Shown here in pieces: positions 57,039-64,000 of a DNA stretch of 64,000 nt. The stretch comes from a virus. The DNA is taken from positions 32,001 through 96,000 of the IMG/VR virus record IMGVR_UViG_3300018018_000001; one strand, 5' to 3'. Made by a program: the position numbers and the translations under genes. Every line of letters starts with the position of its first letter. The first letter of the stretch is position 1. The notes under the pieces are model-generated. The model was given only the letters and a program-made list of their open reading frames with translations, was not told the DNA's origin and did not search any database.

Positions 57039-57608
57039 ATGCCTTATAAAGATTCTTTGAAGGCTAAAGAATGTAAACGTAAGCATTATGAAAATAATAA
57101 AGAAGTTTATAAAGATAGAACCAAAAAATGGAGAGAGAATAACTTAGAAGCTCATAGAGCTTCTAATAGAAAATGGTTAGAAAATAACAAGGAATACAAT
57201 AATGATTACTATGAAAATAACAAGAAACATATTAAAGAGTTACATGATAAGTGGGAGGAAGAAAATAAAGAACTCATGAAAGAATATAAATCCAAGTGGG
57301 AAAAAGACAATAAAGAACAAGTATCTAGAAGTAATAAAATTCGTTATGAAAAATATAAAAATTTGGTGTTTGATCATTATGGCCATAAATGCTCTTGTCC
57401 AGAATGTGGTGAGGCCCATTTTGAATTTTTAACCATAGATCATATTGACGGTGGGGGGCGTAAACATAGAAAAGATTTAAAAATAGGAAATTTATATAGG
57501 TGGCTGGTTAAAAACAACTTCCCATTAGGATTCAGAACTCTCTGTATGAATTGTAATTTTTCCATTGGTCTTTACGGATATTGTCCACATCAATTAGAAA
57601 AGGAATAA
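57039..57608 (+). CDS. HNH-like endonuclease
   Basis: CSCPEC...LTIDHIDGGG...TLCMNCN...CPH. Confidence 0.8.
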   Translation: MPYKDSLKAKECKRKHYENNKEVYKDRTKKWRENNLEAHRASNRKWLENNKEYNNDYYENNKKHIKELHDKWEEENKELMKEYKSKWEKDNKEQVSRSNKIRYEKYKNLVFDHYGHKCSCPECGEAHFEFLTIDHIDGGGRKHRKDLKIGNLYRWLVKNNFPLGFRTLCMNCNFSIGLYGYCPHQLEKE

Positions 57609-57609
57609 A

Positions 57610-57840
57610 GTGGGAATAATTCAGTGGTTAGAACTAATAAGTGCATTTATGGTGCCTTTGGCTACCTTTTTTCTTATGGTTCCCCGCAGGGTTGGTTTTT
57701 GGATTCTCAACGTAGCCAATATTTTATGCGCTGTAGTATTTATTGACAAACATCTATGGTTCTATCTTGGACAAATAATTTTCTTATTTGTATTAAACTT
57801 TATTAGTATTTACAGGTGGAAAAATAGAAAAATTGGGTAG
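57610..57840 (+). CDS. Small membrane protein (PnuC-half-like)
   Basis: Three TM segments; GFWILN...N; IYRWK end. Confidence 0.5.
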   Translation: MGIIQWLELISAFMVPLATFFLMVPRRVGFWILNVANILCAVVFIDKHLWFYLGQIIFLFVLNFISIYRWKNRKIG

Positions 57841-58477
57841 GAAAGGGGAGTTAATGATTTGTAAAAAATGTAATGTAGATAAGCCATTTACAAAAGAATA
57901 TTTTAGAGAATTTGATAATGGAGATGGTAAAAGATTAAGAAAAACTTGTAAGGAGTGTTATGACAAGCAAGCAAAGATTTGGTTAGAAAATAATAAAGAA
58001 AGAAGTAAAAAAATAAGGGAAATATGGGAAGAAAAAAATAGAACCCATGTAAAAGAAAAACACAAACAATGGGTTGCAAATAATAAAGATCATGTAAAAG
58101 AAACTATTAAAAACTGGTATAAAAATAATAAGGAGCACTGTAGAGAATATATTAAAAATTGGGAAGAGAAAAATAAAGAACAAGTTGTACAAAGGTGTAA
58201 AATTCGTTATGACAAACAAAAAAATATAGTGTTTGATCATTATGGTCGTAAATGCTCTTGTCCAGGGTGTAACGAAGATCATTTTGAGTTCTTAACTATA
58301 GATCATATTAATGGTGGAGGACATAAACATAGAAAAACTTTAACTATTAATTTTTACCATTGGCTTATAAAAAATAATTTTCCTCTTGAATATAGAACTC
58401 TTTGTATGAATTGTAATTTTTCATTAGGTAGACTTGGATATTGTCCACATGGAATTGAAAAAAAGAAGGAGGTATAA
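57833..58477 (+). CDS. HNH-like endonuclease (paralogue of 57039)
   Basis: Near-identical nuclease half. Confidence 0.8.
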   Translation: MGRKGELMICKKCNVDKPFTKEYFREFDNGDGKRLRKTCKECYDKQAKIWLENNKERSKKIREIWEEKNRTHVKEKHKQWVANNKDHVKETIKNWYKNNKEHCREYIKNWEEKNKEQVVQRCKIRYDKQKNIVFDHYGRKCSCPGCNEDHFEFLTIDHINGGGHKHRKTLTINFYHWLIKNNFPLEYRTLCMNCNFSLGRLGYCPHGIEKKKEV

Positions 58478-58843
58478 ATGGCAAAAGTGGGGATCATAGG
58501 AAGTACAACATACTATTCTAAAATGATAGAACATAAAGCTGAATTAAAAAAAAATGGTTATGAAGTAAAATTAGCAATGTTTGATGGACTCCCCCCAGAG
58601 ACTCCTAATGTAGAGCTTTTGATTAACACCTATAATTTAAACCTGATTAAGTGGTCTGATATAGTTCACGTTTTTTATGATGGTAGATCAGCCTATGCAC
58701 TTTTTGATTTTGGAATTTGTTTTGCTTTAAATAAACCTATAAAGATTATCCATCTTGAGACTAAAACAGTGGGAAATTTTCTTAGGCAATATGAAAAAGA
58801 ATGTGAGAATCAATTAAAGGATTTTCCTGATGAAAAGGAGTAG
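58478..58843 (+). CDS. Nucleoside 2-deoxyribosyltransferase-like protein
   Basis: IKWSDIVHVFYDGRSAYALFDFGICFALNKPI. Confidence 0.5.
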   Translation: MAKVGIIGSTTYYSKMIEHKAELKKNGYEVKLAMFDGLPPETPNVELLINTYNLNLIKWSDIVHVFYDGRSAYALFDFGICFALNKPIKIIHLETKTVGNFLRQYEKECENQLKDFPDEKE

Positions 58844-58846
58844 AAT

Positions 58847-59053
58847 ATGGCATATGAAGAAATAAAATGCTGCCGATGTAAGGAAACCATTGTCGGTTAT
58901 AAAGATGGAGAAATTACTGAAGGGTATTTTGACATGTCTGATCCTGAATGGGCTGAATATTGTAATCCAGGAGAAGATTTTGTTTGTAATGCATGTATGG
59001 AAAAGGATGAAAGGTATTTAAAAGACTATCCAGAAGGAGGGCCACATGTCTGA
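58847..59053 (+). CDS. Small Cys-motif protein
   Basis: CCRC...C..CNAC. Confidence 0.55.
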   Translation: MAYEEIKCCRCKETIVGYKDGEITEGYFDMSDPEWAEYCNPGEDFVCNACMEKDERYLKDYPEGGPHV

Positions 59054-59405
59054 AGAATTAAAATTTACAAAAGAAGAGGTTGTAAAGGAATTACAGAAAA
59101 TCAGGAAAAGTAAGTTCAACATATTTTCTTGGTTTGAAGCTAAGAGACTTTCATTTTGGACTCTCTTAGCTGCTTTGGTACTGATTCCTGATAAGAGTTC
59201 TATGACAGTATTATTTGCCATTGGAATTGTTTCTCTTTGTACTATTATGGCTCACTTGGTTAGGAAAACGCTATTTCCTTACCTTGATTTTCGTGAGCTA
59301 TGTGAATCCGCTGCGAAAGATCCTCAGGCATCGGCCAAAATAGTTATGTCATTGGTATTTCTCAATGCTGTGATTATTTGGGCTGTTATATCTTTGCTCC
59401 GGTAA
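59046..59405 (+). CDS. Putative holin
   Basis: Two to three TM helices, upstream of the endolysin. Confidence 0.55.
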   Translation: MSEELKFTKEEVVKELQKIRKSKFNIFSWFEAKRLSFWTLLAALVLIPDKSSMTVLFAIGIVSLCTIMAHLVRKTLFPYLDFRELCESAAKDPQASAKIVMSLVFLNAVIIWAVISLLR

Positions 59406-59434
59406 AAATACAAAATAAAAGATAGAGGTAAGAC

Positions 59435-59749
59435 ATGATTTCATGGATTTTTTTGATAATAGGAATTATTACTCAAATTGCAGCTATCCCTTTTGCTTAT
59501 AGAGTATTTAGGTTAACTCCTTTTAAATTAGCCAAAGATTCTTGGTCTTCTGGATGGTTAGTCTTTATGATTATAGAGGCGACTATTGCTGTTAGAAGGA
59601 TATTATACGTATACTCTTTTGAAGGTTGTACTATGCCTACTAACTTTTTTACTTTATCAGAAAACCTTTTGACTCTTGTTATAACAAGTGGTTTGCTTTT
59701 GTTCTCTTACATCAAGTATAACTTCTTTAAAAGTCAGAAACTTTTATAG
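59435..59749 (+). CDS. Small multi-pass membrane protein
   Basis: Three hydrophobic segments. Confidence 0.6.
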   Translation: MISWIFLIIGIITQIAAIPFAYRVFRLTPFKLAKDSWSSGWLVFMIIEATIAVRRILYVYSFEGCTMPTNFFTLSENLLTLVITSGLLLFSYIKYNFFKSQKLL

Positions 59750-59761
59750 ATTGGAGATATT

Positions 59762-60460
59762 ATGCCTGTTCCTACACTTAATGAAGGATTCACTCTTAAC
59801 GTAAACTTTGTTTTGGCTGCTGCTGCCTTATTCATAAGTGCTATTAATTTTCTGTGGGATAGGGTTAGGCTGGAACATCGTATCACGAAGGTAGAGACTA
59901 TGTTGGAAATTTACTTCAAATCAATGACGGAGGATGCAACTCATGTAGTTAAACATGAGACTCAAACAAGAAAAGATGATTTGGTTGATAAGGGAATTAG
60001 GAATCTCACTAATGATGAACTTGAAGAGCTACATGGAATTCTTGTTATGGAAATGCCTTTATTAAGAAAGAGAGAAGATGAGAAGCTTCCAGGCTTTGCC
60101 GTAACCAAGGCCATGATTGAGATAGAACAATTCAAGAGACTATATCCACCCACTAAAGGTTGGCTTGAAGGGTTTTTGGGAATTTTTAGAATAAAAAAAG
60201 TAAAAATTGTTCTTCATAGGGATGTGGTAGGAATTGTTCCAATACACCCTAGAGGTCCTTTCCCAAGTATAATAAATGGAAGTATTGAAGATAAAAATAA
60301 AGATTTCTCCAGGAATGCAACCAGAGATTCCGTTAGAGATCCAGTAAGAGATACAATGAGGGATGGAATTAGGGATGAAGTTAGAGATAGAACCAGAGAT
60401 CAGGTTAGAGATAGGGATAGGGATAGGGATGAGACTAAAGACAAAAAGACACCTGATTAA
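59762..60460 (+). CDS. Membrane-anchored protein with RDxx tetrapeptide-repeat tail
   Basis: N-terminal TM segment; RDSVRDPVRDTMRDGIRDEVRDRTRDQVRDRDRDRD. Confidence 0.65.
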   Translation: MPVPTLNEGFTLNVNFVLAAAALFISAINFLWDRVRLEHRITKVETMLEIYFKSMTEDATHVVKHETQTRKDDLVDKGIRNLTNDELEELHGILVMEMPLLRKREDEKLPGFAVTKAMIEIEQFKRLYPPTKGWLEGFLGIFRIKKVKIVLHRDVVGIVPIHPRGPFPSIINGSIEDKNKDFSRNATRDSVRDPVRDTMRDGIRDEVRDRTRDQVRDRDRDRDETKDKKTPD

Positions 60461-61385
60461 TTATCTTAAATTTTTCCTATTGTGGTGGTTTATTTACTTC
60501 ACTTTTACCATAACTGCTGGAATTATTAATGATTGTTATGGAGATACCTACAAAATAGGGTCTAAAGGTGCTGAGGTAGGACAGATCCAGACGCAGTTAA
60601 AGGCCCTTGGATACCAAGTAGAGGTAGATAACGTGTTTGGGCCTGAATTAGACACTACTGTGAAGCAATTTCAAAAGGGTAAAGGGCTTGATCCTGATGG
60701 GGTGGTGGGGCCGGGAACTTGGCTTATCCTTTTCGGTAAGCCACAAGATGTGTCAATTCCCCCAAGGGCTCAGGAATATCTCCCCGTTTTGAAAGAAAAT
60801 ATTTTGGATGTTTGGCCAGATATGCCAATAAAATCAACTACAGGTGGTCAAGTTGAGCAGGAAACATGCCCTTCTTTACATTCTTCTGAGTGTTGGAATC
60901 CTCATGCCGAATTAAAGACCTCAAGAGAGTATGGTTTTGGATTGGGGCAGATAACTGCCGCTTATGATTCCCAAGGTAAGGTAATCTTTGATAATTTTAA
61001 ATGGGCTGTTTCCCTGGACCAAAAGTTAAAGTCCTGGAAGTATGAGGATAGATACAACGCCGAATATCAACTTAGGGCTTTGATTCGTTTTGACCAATTG
61101 TACTGGAGAGGGGTTACGTGGGCTAAGGATGACCTAAACCATTGGGCTTTTACCCTTTCGTCCTATAATGGGGGAGATGGTGGGGTCCGTAATGATCGAA
61201 AGCTTTGTCAAAGTCAAGGTGGAGATTGTGATAATTGGTTTGGGGATAACGGAGTGGCTAAGTATTCCTGGAAATCGAAGATTAAAATACAGGGATATGG
61301 AGATTCATTCTATAGCATCAACCGATCATATGTCACTAACGTCCTTATGATGAGAAGACAAAAATATATTTCCTCTCTTGAATAG
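60429..61385 (+). CDS. Endolysin: signal/anchor plus PG-binding domain plus SLT-like lytic transglycosylase
   Basis: VGQIQTQL..LGY..DGVVGPGTW; QVEQE, GLGQIT, SYNGG. Confidence 0.88.
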   Translation: MRLKTKRHLINYLKFFLLWWFIYFTFTITAGIINDCYGDTYKIGSKGAEVGQIQTQLKALGYQVEVDNVFGPELDTTVKQFQKGKGLDPDGVVGPGTWLILFGKPQDVSIPPRAQEYLPVLKENILDVWPDMPIKSTTGGQVEQETCPSLHSSECWNPHAELKTSREYGFGLGQITAAYDSQGKVIFDNFKWAVSLDQKLKSWKYEDRYNAEYQLRALIRFDQLYWRGVTWAKDDLNHWAFTLSSYNGGDGGVRNDRKLCQSQGGDCDNWFGDNGVAKYSWKSKIKIQGYGDSFYSINRSYVTNVLMMRRQKYISSLE

Positions 61386-61388
61386 GTT

Positions 61389-61462
61389 CCCCGCTTGCCT
61401 AAAGTCCTGGATTATCTCCGAATTCAGGCACCCTCCTTCCAACAGGGCAAGCGGGGATTTTT
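61389..61462. terminator. Probable bidirectional terminator between convergent units
   Basis: 11-bp stem ccccgcttgcc/ggcaagcgggg with an inner hairpin, followed by a T-tract. Confidence 0.7.
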
Positions 61463-61665
61463 TATCTTCCTTTCGCTTTTAATCTCTTCTCATATTGTTC
61501 AGCTTTGAATATTTCCCATTCATCCTTAAGTCCACTAATTTCAATGAAATTTATTGCATCCATGAGTTGATCAGTGGTTTCTTCTAAATTTTTGGACAAA
61601 CCACGATATTCTTTAGGGATAGACATTGGTGGTCTACCTCTTTTCTTTTTTATTTCCTCCATCAA
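61462..61665 (-). CDS. Small AT-hook-like protein
   Basis: KKRGRPP. Confidence 0.55.
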   Translation of the reverse strand: MMEEIKKKRGRPPMSIPKEYRGLSKNLEETTDQLMDAINFIEISGLKDEWEIFKAEQYEKRLKAKGR

Positions 61666-61671
61666 CCCTCC

Positions 61672-62082
61672 TTAAGATTTGAAACCACTATCAAGACGTT
61701 CTCTGCATCTTAAACAGTCTGAATAATCATGCTCTACAGGTTCATGCTCATCATCACCAAGTTTTGATTCATGGTCCATATCAGGATGACGTAACTGACT
61801 GCATCTAGGGCATCTTCCTTGGCTTATTAACTTGTCTCTGTATGCTTTATTTTCGGCTACCCTACCCTCTCTGTGATCTTGACACATACGATTTCCAGGG
61901 ACAGCCGGTTCATTACATCTTTGGCAAGTCCCTGTAGATACTTTTTTTTCATACCTATCAGCCCGGGTTTTCTTTATTTTTTCTCTACAAGGTTCACAGA
62001 TATCATATCCAGGAAGAGCAAAGTTACCACATTTCCTCCTCCTGCAGAGTCCCAATTGTTTCTTTTTCCAATCCTCTTTCAA
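61672..62082 (-). CDS. Cys-rich repeat (Zn-binding) protein
   Basis: Repeated CxxC..PG..xC..C/H. Confidence 0.6.
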   Translation of the reverse strand: MKEDWKKKQLGLCRRRKCGNFALPGYDICEPCREKIKKTRADRYEKKVSTGTCQRCNEPAVPGNRMCQDHREGRVAENKAYRDKLISQGRCPRCSQLRHPDMDHESKLGDDEHEPVEHDYSDCLRCRERLDSGFKS

Positions 62083-62702
62083 TCGACTACTTTCTCTCCC
62101 CTTATCGCTTTGATAATAACATTTTTAGGGGAAAGAATATATGGGTCAATGTAGATTTTGGAATTTTCCACACTCTGGGCCAGATCCCAACAGAACATGA
62201 GATAGCTACCTAGTCTTTTTTTAATTTCTTCTGGATACCCATGGTCCAGTTTTCCCAAGCAGCAGGGCATAAGGAACATGGCTTTCACATTACTTGTTTT
62301 GTAGATTTCTATGATCCTCTTGGCTAGGTTGCCACAAGCATGAATGGAAATAATGATGGTTTTGTCATTTACCCAGTTCATGATATTGGGATCATAAATA
62401 TCCCCAACAAGATAGGTAAATCCCTGGACCAATTCCCATCTTCTGCTTCTTGTTTTCTTGTCAACGGCATTTGCATAGTCCAGCTTGAATAAATGACAAG
62501 CTAAAACTGAAGTTAGTGCATTTCCTGCACATAGATCCAGGACATTGTATTTTCCTGGATTGGGAGGGATTAAGCTTTTTACCCTTTTAATCATTCCCAT
62601 GCTTTCAGATATTTCCTTCCCAGGGTTGTGTCCAATGGGGCTACAGGCTGCAAGCACATCACTGCTGCATTTTAAGTTTAAGAATTCATTAATATATCTC
62701 AT
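62079..62702 (-). CDS. SAM-dependent methyltransferase-like protein
   Basis: VLDLCAGNA; SIHACG; MPCC. Confidence 0.7.
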   Translation of the reverse strand: MRYINEFLNLKCSSDVLAACSPIGHNPGKEISESMGMIKRVKSLIPPNPGKYNVLDLCAGNALTSVLACHLFKLDYANAVDKKTRSRRWELVQGFTYLVGDIYDPNIMNWVNDKTIIISIHACGNLAKRIIEIYKTSNVKAMFLMPCCLGKLDHGYPEEIKKRLGSYLMFCWDLAQSVENSKIYIDPYILSPKNVIIKAIRGEKVVD

Positions 62703-63399
62703 GATAAAACTCCTTTCTTATTCGCTCTTTTATCTTGTCCAAATTTTTTAATTCCTTCCCCCAAATTACTAAAGTCTGATAACCAAAAGGTTCAAATTCT
62801 TTAGCTCTATTCATGGGTGAATCCCCCCTATGCCAGTGCTCTCCAAAAAATTCTATAATCTATTTCTTTCCATTCACATTAACAAAATCAGGGCATTTAC
62901 CATTTATAATTAGTTGACCATCACCAACAAACTTCCATTCATTATTAAAATTATTATTCAGCCAGGATTCAAGAAACAATTCATACTTATTTGGTTTTAC
63001 ATTTAATGCTGAAAATATTCTCTTTGCATACTCTTCATTTTTCCATAATTCCTTCATGATTTTTGAATGTTCCATTCTTTTCTTACCAAACCAATAATTC
63101 TTTTCACCTTTATGGGATTCACTTATTTTTCTTATTGTATCCTCAGTTTTATTTACTCCTGGATTGTTTATTTTCATTCTCTTTGACTGTTCTGGGTTTT
63201 TCTTTCCTAATTGAGTTCCAGGTTTTCCAAACATTGGATTACCGGAGCCAGTATTTGCTTTACTTAAATTTTCTTTCCACTCTTTAGTGTGTTGTTTCTT
63301 TTTAACTGAGGGGCATTGATTCCAACTTTCAGAACAACACCATTTACCATTTTTAAATTGATATTTGGCTTCTTGCTCACAGCCATAATTACAGATCAT
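62689..63399 (-). pseudogene. NUMOD3 plus PD-(D/E)xK endonuclease interrupted by one in-frame TAG (62862-62860)
   Basis: GKK*IIEFFGEHWH...FYHEIY; the paralogues have Gln at this site. Confidence 0.8.
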
Positions 63400-63830
63400 A
63401 CTTTACCTTTTTGATACTTTATTACATCTTTCATATCATACCCAAAGTAACAAATAAAGGGTTGAGTAGTCTCAAATATTTTACCTTCTTTTAATCCCCA
63501 ACTATGTGATCTCCATAATCCATCATTACTTAAGGCGAATCCTGTTGCAACACTGTCTATTTTGTTGCTGAATAGTAATTTTTTAGAATTTTCATGACAG
63601 TTATTGAGTTGCATCTTTTTATGTAATCTTCCTTTAATGGGAAAGAATTTACCTAATTTTGAAAATAGATCCATCTCCCAAGAAGGAATCTCACTAAATC
63701 TAACAATAACTGTTTTATCTTTGCCATTAGAAGTCATTAGTCTCAACACCTTTTTTGCAATAATGTTATTTTTTACTACTGATTTATTTTCTTTAGACCA
63801 ACGAATATAATGATCAGCTTTAGTATTCAT
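63396..63830 (-). CDS. Hypothetical protein
   Basis: 144 aa; NNCHENS, LWRSHSW. Confidence 0.6.
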   Translation of the reverse strand: MNTKADHYIRWSKENKSVVKNNIIAKKVLRLMTSNGKDKTVIVRFSEIPSWEMDLFSKLGKFFPIKGRLHKKMQLNNCHENSKKLLFSNKIDSVATGFALSNDGLWRSHSWGLKEGKIFETTQPFICYFGYDMKDVIKYQKGKV

Positions 63831-64000
63831 GATTGTTTTAGCTTCTCTTTTTTTATTTTGGCTTTGTTATTCTCTACCTTCTTGGCATATCCCTCTTCTC
63901 CCCCAGAGTATTTGGCAAGGTACTGCTGAGGGAATCCCCTCTTATACATCAACAGGATTTCAGATCCTTTCTTGATATTCTCTTCAGCATCGAAATAGTT
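63827..64000 (-). CDS. C-terminus of a putative second SLT-like transglycosylase (partial)
   Basis: NYFDAEENIKKGSEILLMY...LAKYSGG..GYAKKV; TGA overlaps the next ATG. Confidence 0.5.
   Translation of the reverse strand, partial: NYFDAEENIKKGSEILLMYKRGFPQQYLAKYSGGEEGYAKKVENNKAKIKKEKLKQS

Noticed and set aside
924-61000. Numerous - strand and alternate-frame ORFs in the track (e.g. 37978..38601, 23989..24483, 45751..46248, 8930..9157)
   Set aside because: They are shadows of well-supported + strand genes, with no motifs or SD.
1-64000. Genome-wide TAG-to-Gln recoding (genetic code 15)
   Set aside because: Long structural genes are intact under code 11 and CAG is used freely. Only one TAG aligns with Gln. 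In-frame TAG junctions (6905, 25006, 58843, 59749) have their own SDs, and many TAG-ended genes are not in frame with the next gene.
1-64000. tRNA or rRNA genes
   Set aside because: No cloverleaf was found; GGTTCGA-like hits (e.g. about 19728) fall inside coding sequence.

Overview
This 64 kb window is AT-rich (roughly one third GC by eye) and comes from a large T4-like contractile-tailed bacteriophage. It covers almost the whole virion morphogenesis region on the + strand: tail-fibre modules, large terminase, portal, prohead protease/scaffold, major capsid, neck, sheath, tubes, tape measure, baseplate, tail fibres and a lysis cassette. A convergent - strand block starts at about 61.46 kb. 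About 18 free-standing homing-endonuclease-like genes and two inteins occupy about a fifth of the window. The most interesting signal is a family of about 13 unrelated proteins that share an N-terminal motif, M-x-K-A-x-x-hydrophobic-hydrophobic-x-x-hydrophobic-x-E. This resembles a T4-type capsid-targeting/protease-cleavage leader. The tagged proteins include an encapsulin-type ferritin-like protein, a PurD-like ATP-grasp enzyme, a HExxE metalloprotein and Zn-ribbon proteins, which suggests an enzymatic cargo set packaged in the head. Other notable points are a probable nested scaffold gene, a candidate +1 frameshift before the tape measure gene, inteins placed in metal-binding motifs, and an endonuclease interrupted by a single amber codon. 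No tRNA, rRNA or CRISPR array was recognised. All family assignments come from motif recognition by eye; no database searches were run.
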